A DNA stretch of 64,000 nucleotides from Phaeosaccion multiseriatum. Taxonomy: Eukaryota; Protista; Ochrophyta, other classes. The translations under genes were made by a program, and so were the position numbers. This document shows positions 19,083-30,391 of the stretch, one piece after another; position 1 is the first letter of the stretch; each line of letters opens with the position of its first letter. Below the pieces are notes generated by a model. The model saw nothing but the letters and a program-made list of their open reading frames with translations. It was not told the DNA's origin and made no database searches. The stretch is from NCBI GenBank assembly GCA_965112735.1, contig OZ218950.1:2542001-2606000 (forward strand), given 5' to 3'.

Positions 19083-20812
19083 ATGGGGACCACTCCCGAA
19101 GAGATCCAGGTCGAGCTGATGCGCGACGATGAAGCCGCGACCGCAGTTGTAGTGGCGTCGGAAGGAGCTGTAGATCCCCCCCTTGATATCGTTCCTTCCT
19201 TTGGAGGTACACCTTCACCAGACCAAGACAAAAGTGGCGGACTGAAGAGCGAGGGCCACGAGGAGACGAAGGGGGGGGAGGAAGTGGGCAGTAACGTACG
19301 ACTGGCAGGCAAGTGGCAGGGGAAGACGCTGGAGCTGGAAGTACCCCTCACGAGCACCATCGCGGAAATCAAGGTGAGTCGAGACGAATGAAGTGAAGCG
19401 TATGTATTCCTGAGGCCGTCAACAGCAGCAGGTCGCAGCCGTGTGCCTAGTGTTTTCGGCCCCTTCATCTGTGTGTTGCCTTTTTGCTGTGTGACGTGAC
19501 CTCCCTGCTTACTCCTTCCCGCCCCCGATCCGTTGTAGGTTCTGCTCCAAGAGCGCACGCACGTCCTGGCCAAGCGACAGAAGCTGATGGGCCTCAACAT
19601 CAAAAGCAAGCCCGCCCCGGACGAAACGCCACTCTCCGCGCTCAAGCTCAAGGATCCGCAGAAGTTTATTCTCATGGGCACGCCAGAGGTAGTTGGGTGC
19701 TCTCTTTGAAGAAGAGGGAGGAGAGGAGGAGGAGGAGGAGGAGGAGGAGGAGGAGGGGAGGGGACCCTGGATTTTCATTTCGCCCTCACACTCGTCGCTT
19801 TTGTCATGCCTGACTTGTAACCCTTCGCCTTCTGTCGCCCCTGCCTTGCCTTGCCTTGCCTTCCTTGCCTTGCTCAGGCCGACCTTTTTGTTGACCCGGA
19901 GGACATGGACGATCTCCCCGAGGTGTTCGATGACTTCGACCTTGAGGTAGGGAGGGGAGGGGAGGGGAGGGAGGTAGGGAGGAGGAAGGAGAGGAGGGCA
20001 TGGGGAGGGGGGGGAGGGGAGGGAGTGGAGGGAGGGGAGAGAGGCAGTGGAGGCAGGAGGGAGGAGAGGAGGGGGGGGGGAGGAGGAGGGAAGGAGGAAG
20101 GAAGTGAGCAGGGAAGGGAGGGAGGGTAGAAGAGGTCAGGGAAATGCTCCCTCTTGCGTGCTGATGAGCCTGCGTGCTAAAGCTCAAGCTCACATCCCGC
20201 AAGCATGTTCTCGACCCGCGATTTGCTCCTTTAAGCTCCGCTCCTCTCCCCTCTTCTCCCCACCCCATCACCACCCCCTCACTCTCTCTCCAAGGTCTCC
20301 CACAACAGCGAGGACTGGATCCGAGCCATGGAGAACCAAAGCAACCTGGAGAAGTTCACGCAGGCCACCGAGGTGGTATTCATGAACCCCCCCCGGCCGG
20401 GCAAGCGCCTACTCGTGCTGGACCTAGACCATACGCTGCTGGACTTTAGCCGCAGGGAGACGCACATGGAGAGTCAAAAGAGACCCTTTATGGACGATTT
20501 CCTGGCAACGGTGTACGAGGTGAGCAGATGGATGGCAGTGGATGGATGCGATGGTAGTGGATGGACATACAGTGCGTGCGTCAGTTGTTTGTGTTAGTGT
20601 GATAGGGAGTGTATAGGGTGAGAGAGAAGGAAGAGGCATGGGCATACCAGTAGTACGTACCAATGAAGCTATGCCCGTGCACTGCCATCGCCCTTTAGCA
20701 CTACGACCTGGTGGCGTGGTCACAGACGTCCTGGGTGTGGTTGGAGACCAAACTTCAAGTGCTTGGCATGATGAGGACCGACCGCTACAAGTGAGTGAAT
20801 GTGTGTGTGTGC

Positions 20813-20868
<56 letters not shown>

Positions 20869-22152
20869 GTGGGGGGGGGGAGAGTGTGTGTGTGTGTGAC
20901 AGAGAGGTAGTACTTCGAAGTAGGAGAGAGTGTGTGGGAGCGAGGGTGTGTTGGAGAGAGAGAGAAAGAGATCACTACAAGATGAGGCGTGTTCCTGTAT
21001 CGGGCTTCGTCCTCTTACTCTCCTACTCCTCCTCCTCCTCCTCCTCTCCCTTCCCTTCTGTGGACGTATCGAATTGATTGCTTGTGACTGGGCTGGGCTG
21101 TAACAGGTTCTGCTTCGTGCTGGACAAAACGGCAATGTTCCACATCACCAGCACCCTCAAAGACGGCTCCGAAAAGAGGCACCAGGTAGGCACGCACGCA
21201 CACACATGCACACTCCTCTCCGTCCTGTATAAAACAAAGGGGGTTATGGTATTGGGTTCTGTAACGCATGTCTACCTGGAGACGGAGGCTGGAGGATAGA
21301 TCTGCGGCGGAGGCAACGAGGGAAGCGCCTTGCTTGACGGCATGTTGAGCGGAGTCTCATCAACATCGTTGTGGTTGTCTCCCTCCCCCCTCTCTCTCTC
21401 CCTCATTCTTTCTCTCTCTTTCTCCCTCCCTCCCTCCCTCCCCTCTCTCTCTTATCTCTATCTCTCCTCGTTCTTCCCCCCTCCCTCTCCTCGCTCTCTC
21501 GCTCTCCCTCTTCATGCTTCTGCCTTGCCGCACTGGGCCTATTCTGTCTCCTTGCCTCTCACTATCACACCCGAAGGTGAAGCCCCTAAAACTCATCTGG
21601 AGCAAGTTCGAGCAGTGGAGCGAGTCAAACACAGTGCACGTCGACGATCTAAACCGCAACTTCGCCCTCAACCCAAAAAACGGTATGCAACTTGAGAAGC
21701 ATGGCACTCCTCCTACCCTCAGGGTATAATTTATAATTTAGGCTCAATCCTCTCCCCTCTGTGTACCACCAACAGGCGTGCTCTGCTCTGCCTTCTACCG
21801 CAAGAAGCAGCGCGAGAAGGACGTGGAGCTTGTGGCGCTGGCCAAATACCTCACGCATGTGGCCAGGCTCGACGAGAAGGAGGCCATCACCGACCATCGG
21901 GTGAGGGGAGGGGGAAAGGAAGGAAGGAAGGAAGGAAGGAAGGGAGAGAGGAAAGGGAGGGTGGGAGGGAGGGCGGGAGATGGCTGCCCGTCGAGTATCT
22001 GTCAGCCATCCCTGATTGATATGCCTTGCCTTTATCATTCTCTGCTTAACTCTTTTCCTGTACCCACCCGGTGCTGTTTGCGCGCCTTCTCTTCCAACCC
22101 CTTCCCTCGTTCTGTGAAGGATTGGAGGTCACACTTGGACAAGATCCCCTGA
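19083..22152 (+). CDS. UBLCP1: Ubiquitin-like domain-containing CTD phosphatase 1 (HAD/NIF family). Exons approx. 19083-19373, 19539-19688, 19878-19946, 20294-20519, 20699-20790, 21107-21185, 21576-21682, 21776-21900, 22120-22152
   Basis: UBL domain (VRLAGKWQGKTLELEV...TIAEIK|VLLQERTHVLAKRQKLMGL...KFILMGTPE) followed by NPPRPGKRLLVLDLDHTLLD (intact DxDxT), HYDLVAWSQTS, VKPLKLIW and NTVHVDDLNRNFALNPKNG. Confidence 0.93.
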
Positions 22153-23024
22153 TTGGGGTACCCTGATTGGGGTGTCAAGATACCCTAATTGGGGTCCCCC
22201 GAGTGCCCAAATAGGAGTAGTGGGGAGAGCGCGAGATGAGACAAGAGGAGAGGACGTTTGTCCACCGCACACAAGTTTGCGAGCCCCTATGGGCCGTATT
22301 ATGATGTCATGGGGGTCGATTGGTTGTGAGCCGTTACGTTACGGCAACAGTGTGCAGCAGTTGGAAGAGAAGTGGGGCAAGGAGGAGACGTAGTTAGCAG
22401 CGGTTCAGACGTATCAGAGGAGGGAGAAAACGATGTATGTTATGTGTTGTGCCTTCACTTGTGTGTGTACGCTGGCGGGTGGTGGTGGGACTCAGAGCTT
22501 CGATGACAGCAGGCGGCTGAGCTTCAGCGGCTGAGCTTGAATACATTCCATGCTCTAGCCCCTCTCCACCTCTTCTGGCTTTTTATGACTAAATTTACTT
22601 GGTTTTAAGTATTCAAGTAGCAAGTAGGAAGAAGGGGGGAGGAAGGAAGAACGATATAGAAACCCCAGTCAGTTGAGTGTCTGTCGGTGAGCTTGTGCCA
22701 AGCCATACGTAGTAGCACGTAGTAGTACGCAGGAAGAGGAGCGTAGCACAGCACTGCACTGCACATAGATGGGGCACTCACTCTATTATGCATTATATGT
22801 ACATACACTTCATGCCGCGGACGTGCGGCCGGCCGGTCGATCGGTTCGTGTTTCTCTTGTGTCTCTCTTCGTCTGCATGGCATGGGCTCATTCGTTCGCC
22901 AACACCCCGAATCCGGAAACCGCGTTGTCGATCGAGGTCCTTCCTGACACCCCGTTGTGACGATCGAGGGCGTCTGTTCTTGGTCTGAGCGTCCCTGGTC
23001 GCCGTTCTTTGCTCCCGTCTTTGC

Positions 23025-23605
23025 TCAGCTCACACCTCTCTTTGCCTTTGGCAGAGAGAGAGTGACGTGTATAGGGCAGTGGTCGCTCCCTTGGACGTCG
23101 TAAGAGTGCCAGCACGCCTTCAGCAGCGGCAGCGCCGTGGTGGTGAGCAAGCCATAGTCCAAGCGAAAGCCCTTGTTCTCCGGACGCTGGAGAGGGACGC
23201 AGGAAGGGAGGGAGGGAAGGAGAGGGAGAGAGAGACGGAGACGGGGACAGCGACAGAGAGAGGGAGTGAGAGAGAGACGGGGAGAGGGAATGGGGGCGAA
23301 TGGCGAAGAGTGGCAGGCAGCGGGAAGAAGGTAACACCCCAGTAGTGCGGACGTTGACTTGCTCACCGCGACGGTCTTCATGCTCCACCAAGTGTAGTGC
23401 CCCTTCTTGTCGCCGTGTAGATGGCGAAAGGCGTCCGTGACTCCGTCCTCCCCCAGCCAGCGTGAGAAACTGTCGCGCTCCTCCGCGGTACACCCGCTCT
23501 GCTTCTTGATGTGCTGTGTGTGGGGAAAACCGCATAATTGACTTGATCAATGCTCAAAAAGAAAAAGATGGAAGCGAAATGGTTGAGAAGATTCGACTCA
23601 AGGCT

Positions 23606-23643
<38 letters not shown>

Positions 23644-24714
23644 TGAGGGGGAGAGGGTCTGATGGAGCGGCAAATCTACCCCAACCCACCGACTTACCGG
23701 CTTGCTGTAGTTGTAGATGTCAATGTCTCGGTGCGCCACATTCAAATCGCCCACAACAAGCACGGGCTTTCCCTTGCCCCCCTCCTTCTCCTCCAGTCCC
23801 CGAACGTAGCTGCGAAGAGCAAGGTCCCACCCCTCTGTGCGATGCTGGAGCCGCTCGAGCTTCTGTCCGCTGTTGGGCACGTACAGCGCCACCACGAAGA
23901 GGGAAGCGTACTCGACTGTGAGAGACCGCCCCTCCCCCTGGTAGGCGGCGTCGTCGATCCCGGTGCGAACGCTCAGTATTCGGCCGCAGCTGTTGATGTT
24001 GATACTGGGGATGGTGGTGGTGGTGGTGGTGGTGGTAGTGGTTGCTTTGGGGGCGGATACCGCTCCTGCTTCTTCCTTCTTTTGCTTCTTTGCTCCTCCA
24101 AAAAAGTCTCCGATCTTCTTTTGTTTCGCATTCGATCCCGCTACGGCCTTGCTACCTCCTGCTTCGCCTCCAGACGCAGTGTTCTCGGGGGCACACTCTT
24201 TCGGGAAGAAAATCGCAGTACCTGAGTAGCCCTTCTTATCTTGTGAGCAGCTGAACACTGAGTCCCAACCGGGGATCAAGTCCAGCTTCTGCATCGCAGC
24301 CACGTCCTTCTCCTGCAGCTTTGTCTCCTGAATGCAGACGAGGTGGGGCCGTTCTCTCGCCACCAGATCACTCAGCACCGTTGGGCACTTCTTCACAAAC
24401 CCGCGCAAGCCGTTCACGTTGAAGCTTACCACCTTAAAGTCGCTATCATCATCCGCCTTCACGTCCTCCCGGGGAGCCAAGTGTTCCCTGTCCGTCACGT
24501 CAGGTATCTTCACTGCTTTAGCCTTCTTCCCCTTCCCTGTTGCTTCTTCCGCAGCCGGTCTCTTCCCCCCCTTCTTTGTCGGCGAATCCTCTGGCTCCTT
24601 CTCTTCGTCTACACTATCAATACTCGACTGCCCAGCCTTCCCCCGCTTCTTCGTCTGCTTCTCATCGTCAGCCTGCTGCTTCATCTCCGGCTGCTGCTCC
24701 TTCTCCTTCTCCAT
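23025..24714 (-). CDS. APEX1: AP endonuclease of the exonuclease III family (APE1-like). Exons approx. 24714-23698, 23513-23367, 23186-23025
   Basis: Lys-rich N-terminus, then KVVSFNVNGLR, CIQETK, KKGYSGTAIF, EGRSLT, YVPNSGQKLERL, GDLNVAH, DAFRHLH...YTWWS, NKGFRLDY and GSDHCP. All the ExoIII/APE catalytic motifs are present. An alternative in-frame ATG lies at 24837. Confidence 0.92.
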
Positions 24715-24837
24715 ACTATAAACCCTCGATTTCTCGGGTCGAAGACGGGGTGATCCGATTGGCTGTTTGTAGACGCGAGGATGGGGGGGGGGGGAAATTG
24801 AAAGAGATCGCCTTCCAGCTTTCGAATCCAGATCCAT

Positions 24838-24980
24838 CTGTGACTGCTAGAAGCGCTCGGCGATAATCGTCGCCGACTCGGGGCCCGAGTCGCTCGTCGC
24901 GCGGCACATCCAGCCACTTAAGGGTGTAATATATAAGAGACATCCTGCCAGCCAGCGAGTGCATCCAGCGAGTCTGCTAC
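24838..24980. promoter_or_regulatory. Putative compact bidirectional promoter between APE1 (-) and the sirtuin-Nudix gene (+)
   Basis: The divergent ATGs are 143-266 bp apart. The gap has a perfect 9-bp inverted repeat CGACTCGGG-G-CCCGAGTCG (24874-24892) and a TATA-like TATATAAG (24930-24937). Confidence 0.5.
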
Positions 24981-25192
24981 ATGGCGAACGGGGCCGCAAG
25001 GCGGGCTTCAGCCAGGAGGGGAAAGGCTGGCGCCCTGTCGAGCCTCGCCAAACTCATTGCGAGCGGGGAGAAGGTTGTCATAATCACGGGCGCGGGGCTC
25101 TCTGCTGCGAGTGGTATCCCCACTTTCAGGTGCGTGCGCTTATACACCTCGAGCTCTTTCTAGCTGCCTGCTTTCATGCCTACTGCGCTCTG

Positions 25193-25239
<47 letters not shown>

Positions 25240-28200
25240 GCTACTGTTCCGTCCTTGCCGTTTGTTGATGTGGACAGAGGGGCATCGGATAGCATATGGG
25301 GTGTGACCAGCACCGCCAAAGGCAGGCGGAGCGTCTTCCTCCACAGCCCCCTGCAGTGGTACAACGACTTCTGGTTAAAGCACTTCCACGTCAAGTACAC
25401 TAAGAAGACGCCCAACGCCGGTGAGTGGGAGCGACCCCACAAGTCTACGCCGCCACCCCTCCCCTCCTCCTCTTGATCTTATCTGACTGATCTGCTTTGC
25501 AATCCATCATGAACACCAACCACACAAGGCCACGAAGCGATTTCTGCCTTGGCCAAGAGCAGCAACGGATCGGTGACGGTGGTGACGCAGAACATCGACA
25601 CCCTGCACCAGAGCACGCGCACCGAGTGGGACTTCGAGCAGCAACTGGTGGAGGTGCATGGGAGGCTGGGCCTGTATAAATGTACGACTTGAGACAAAGG
25701 GAAGGGCGGGGAGTGTGTCGAGGGGACGAGTGATAGCATTCATCGAAGGTACGAAAGGTAGACGCGCTTCCACGCCATTTACTAACGCCTACCTCCCTCC
25801 CTCTCTCCCCCCCGCCTTGCTCCTGCCCCACTATAGGTGTGGAGGGCGAGGCGCCCGACTTAGACGATGATGTCACCATACACGGAGGCGAGGGGAGGTG
25901 TCCGTATGCTTGGGATAGGGTGCTCCAAGAAGGAGATCTCGTGCCGAAGGGTATTGGGGCGCTGCTCCGTGGCGACGAGGAGGAGGAGGAGACAGAAGGG
26001 CGAGAGTACAATGGAGGTGCTTCCTCGTCTTCTTCCGCGGGGGATGCAGCGGGGGTGGGAGGAGGAGGAGGAGGAGGAGGAGGAGGAGGAGGAGGAGGAG
26101 GAGGAGGAGGAGGAGGGGGAGGAGGAGGAGGAGGAGGAGGAGGGGGAGGAGGGCGGCTGACTACCGATATGCCTTTGTGCCCGTCCTGCTCTATGCCGTG
26201 CCCACCTCTGTCGCTGCTCTTTGACGAGGACTATTCCAGCCACTCCTTTTATCAGGTGAGGCCTGTGTGTGTGTGTGTGTGAGAGTGAGTGAGTGCGTGC
26301 GTGTGTGTGTGGTGTGTGTATGCGTGTGTGTGTGTGTGTGCATGTGTGTATGTGTACGTACGGATGTGTGTGTGTGTTTGTGCCCACACCAAGGGAATGT
26401 GCGGTTGGCAGGGGTGCTGTGCGTGTTGACGTACCTCTCGGAGCTCTCATGCTTCCTTCTCTCCTCCCTTTTACTCTCCTCCTCATCCTCGCCCCCCTCC
26501 TCCTCCCCGCATGACTAAATCGAATCGTCCGTCCATCCTAACATCTCTCTCTCCCCTCCGGCTGATTCACAGATGGATCGTGTGGAGGAGTGGTTGCACG
26601 GAGCCGCAGCCATGGTGTTTGTGGGTACATCCTTCACAGTGTCCATCACCTCAATCGCACTCGATGAGGTAAGTGAGTGAGTGGGTGTGGGAGGGAGGGA
26701 GGGACGGAGGGAAGGAGAGAGGGGAGGAAGGAGTGAGTGGGTGAGTGAGTCAGTGTAGACAGCAAAGAGCTCAGTACTACACCGTCTACCACAGACACTA
26801 CGATACACCACCCCCATTGTACCCGTCGATAGTCGTGGCGCGGTGAAGCAAGCAGCTATACCCTTGGCCTTGTCTCCGTCCCTCAACTCCCTCCCTCCCT
26901 CCCTCCCTCCCTCCCTCCCTCCCTCCCTCTCTCCCTCCCTCCCTCCCTCTCTCCCTCCCTCCCTCCCTCCCTCCCTTCCTCCCTCCCTCTCTCCCTCCCT
27001 CCCTCCCTCCCTCTCTCCCTCCCTCCCTCCCTCTCGCCCTCCCTCCCTCCCTCCCTCCCTCCCTCCCTCCCTCCCTCCCTCCCTCCCTCCCTCCCTCCCT
27101 CCCTCCCTCCCTCCCCTCACCCTACTCTACCCTACCCTACGTCAACCCCCTCCCTCCACCCCTATACCCCTATGCCCCAGGCTAAGCGCCGAGGTATCCC
27201 GGTGTTCGACTTCAACTTGCACTCCACCCTCTCTGCCTCGCGCTCCCTCCGTCTCCAGTGCGTGCCGGGAAGGGCAGAGGAGACCCTCCCACAGCTTCTC
27301 TCCTTGGTGGAGGCGCTGAGGAAGGAAGGACTGGGGCGAGAGGAGGAGGAGGAGGAGGAGGAGGAGGAGGAGGAGCAGGAGCAGGAGAAGGAGGGGGAGG
27401 AGGAGAAGGAGGAGGAGGAGAGGCACTCGCCTGCCCCTGCTTCCTCCGTCCCTGTCCCATCCTCCGGTGCCAGCGCTACTGCTACTGCTACTACTACTGC
27501 TGCTGCTGGTGATGCTACTGCTGCTGCTGCTGCTGCTGCCGATGTACCACCAACTGCTGCGGCTATTGCTTGTGGTGGTACCGGTGGTCGCGCAGCCTCG
27601 GCTCCCTCTGCTGCGTCCGAGACCCCCTCCGCCTCCCCCCTCTCCTCCCCCTCCTCCCCCTCCGAGTTCAAGGGTGCGCCGGGTAGCCGTAAGAGGGGAC
27701 GGAGAACAGCCTTCCCCTCCTCGGCCTCGGGCTCTGATGGCTCTGCGGTAGGCGCTTCTCGAACTACCACCAAGGAGGAGGAGGAGGAGGAGGAGGAGGA
27801 GGAGGAGGAGGAGTCCCACGGAGGGCGGTTTACGTTGTCATTTGTACCGCGTGCTATGCTCGCGAGAAGCCAGGTGCGTGGGTGCGTGCGTGCGTGCGTC
27901 GACTTGGGTATCTGCTCTGGTCGGGTGTGTTGGTTTGCTTTGTGTCGTCTTCTTCTGCCTATCCCCGTTGTGTCTTGTCATGTGTGAATGGCGATGGGAT
28001 TGGCGCGTCATGGAGCGAGGGAGGGGGGGGGGGGTTATTGACATATAGGAATCAACCCAAGAATTACTTATTATTATTAATGCGTGTGTGGGGCGGGGGG
28101 TGTGTGAAGTATTCGAATGCGTAAGGGGAAGGACAGCAGGAACGGCGCGGTACGGAAGGGAAGGGAAGTGATGAACCACCATCTAAGCAGCAGAGCAAAG

Positions 28201-28338
28201 TGATGAACCACCATCTAAGCAGCAGAGCAAAGTGATGAACCACCATCTAAGCAGCAGAGCAGAAGCTCTACGTTTCCTTTGCGCGTGCCTCGATATTGCA
28301 GTCCATTCTCACAACCCCGCATGTGTGTGTGCGCGCGC

Positions 28339-28370
<32 letters not shown>

Positions 28371-30391
28371 TATGCGCTGTGTGCCCACGTGTCTCTGTGT
28401 GTGCGTGGGTGCGTGGGTGGATGGGTGGGTGGAAAACAACAGGTGGTTGCACAGCTGAGTCTCTCCTTCTCCAGACAACTGCACCCGTCCCCTGCGGTGG
28501 AGGCGGGGGTGGAGGCGCTGTGGGCAGAGCAAGTCAACAAGAACCCTAACATGTTCAACGGGTCCAAGTTCCGACTCGCTGGGTTGGACTATCGCCCTGC
28601 TCCTCCTCCTGCTGCTGCTGCTGCTGTATCACCAACTGCTGGTGGTAGTGGTGGTGGTGGTGATGCTCCTGCGGGGAAGGGGAAGAAAGAGGAGGGGATG
28701 AAAGAGGAGGGGATGGAAGCGGAAGCGGAGGCGGAAGAAGGCGGGGCAAGAGCAAGGGCAAGGGCAAGGGAAGGGGCAAGGCTGCTTCTGCGCTTGTCTC
28801 TGACGGACTACAAAGACTTTAGGGGCACGAATTGGTGAGTGACTTGGGGGCAGTTTCAGATGATTGACCCCTGACCAATACTCCACCCTTCTTCACCATA
28901 TGCACACCTCTACGCATCTACACGAGAGAAAACTACCTAAGAAGTCTATAACTCAAACTAACCAACTGACTAACTACCGTCCAAACAAACGCCCCAAACG
29001 AACGCGTCAACAGGTCTCCACACAGTGCCCAGCTGGCAGCAGATGGCACTCGACTGCACGGAGACAGCTCGGCCTTCCTCAGTCAGAAGCTCGGGGTGGG
29101 TGCGGTGGTGCTGACGGCCGACAATCGCTGTGTGCTCATCAGGAGGAGTGGGAAAGTGGCCGAGGGACGGGGCGCCATTGATGTGCCGGGTGGACACCCG
29201 GAGCCGGCCAAGATTGGCTTCACGCATGCCACTCTGAAGGCTTTGGAGGAGATGGAGGAGGAGGGGGGGGAGGAGGGGCACGGGCAGCGGCAAGTGCAAG
29301 GGCAAGGGGAAGGGGAAGGGGAAGGGGAAGGGGAAGGGGAAGGGAAAGGGCAGACTCTCACAAGCACTAGCACTGGCACTCACACAAGCTCAAGCAGGGG
29401 CAGCAGCACCGGCAGGAGGAGGAACAGGGAGGAGTGGGGTTTGGCCGCCGTCGGAGAGCTGTTCGACAGTGTGCTGGACGAGGTCTGTGACGAAACGAAC
29501 GTTCCGAGAGAGGTCCTGAGCGACCCGCTCCTCATGGGTATTGTGGGGCAGAGCAACAGTCAGGGCTGCCCCTCCAGTGCCTTCTTGGTGCGCTGTCGGC
29601 TCACGGCGGAGGAGGTAGGTGGGTGGATGGTTTAGGGTTTGTGGGTTGTGAGTTTTGAGTTTGAGATTTGAAGGAAACGGCCTCAGTCCCTTACCCTTAC
29701 TTTGCCCGTGTTTGCCTGCTTGGCTGCCTGCTTGGCTGCCTGCTTGGTTGCCTGCTTGGCTGCCTGCTTGGTTGACTGCTTGGGTGTACTCGTTGTCACC
29801 CCTCCCCCGCCCCTGCTTGGCATACACAATCCAACATACGACCACCCCACCCCCTTGTTTGGCAAAGACAAAACCCCCGCCATCGCCCCACCCCCCCCCT
29901 AAACATCTCTGAAGCCTCCCTCAATTCTGCTGGCTGCTGCCTTCCTCTTGATGCCCAACCAATGCCTTGGATCGGATCTGATGCCCAAACAGGTGAAGGA
30001 GCGATATCGACAGGGGCCTCGGGAGGCCTTCGAGACCACGGCTCTACACTGCATCCCCATGGCCTCCGTGTCGCGGCAACTCAAGCGGATAGGCGGGATG
30101 GCGGGGCGAAGGGGCAGAGTGGGAAGGAGGGAGAGCGGCGACAAGGCTGATACTGAAGCTGATGCTGATGCTGAGGCTAAGGCTGGAGCTGAGGGCGGGC
30201 CTTCTGGACCTTGGGAGGGTAGGCCTTCAAGGGAGAGGGAGGCGGAGGGGGAGGAGGAGGAGGAGGAGGAGGAGGAGGAGGAGGAGGAGGAAGGCGACGA
30301 GGAGGGGCGTCTTCTGGAGACCGCCACACCTTCCTGCGAGGGATGTCTGGTCTTATTGGAGCGGATGATGCGGCGGGAGGGGTGGCAATGA
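24981..30391 (+). CDS. Fusion of a Sir2-family NAD+-dependent deacylase and a NUDT22-like Nudix hydrolase. Exons approx. 24981-25129, 25278-25420, 25529-25681, 25837-26255, 26573-26668, 27181-27873, 28443-28834, 29014-29614, 29993-30391
   Basis: Sirtuin motifs: [32 protein letters not shown], Zn cysteines (YKC...RCPY...CPSC), LFDE, FVGTS, FN. NUDT22-type motifs: [72 protein letters not shown]. Exon 27181-27873 has no stop, carries the end of the sirtuin and the start of the Nudix domain, and splices in phase 0 (CAG|GTGCGT...AACAG|GTG). Confidence 0.85.
28166..28261. repeat. Three perfect tandem copies of a 32-bp unit, intronic
   Basis: AAGTGATGAACCACCATCTAAGCAGCAGAGCA x3 with no spacers. Confidence 0.95.

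Noticed and set aside
18017-19681. 554-aa minus-strand ORF taken as a single gene
   Set aside because: Its 5' half is antisense to UBLCP1 exons; only ~18733-18064 is credible coding sequence (first exon of the GYF-ABC gene).
28166-28261. 32-bp repeat x3, CRISPR-like in length, each unit containing a box C-like GTGATGA
   Set aside because: The copies are directly tandem with no spacers, there are no cas genes, and the context is a eukaryotic intron. No properly spaced box D or terminal stem supports a snoRNA.
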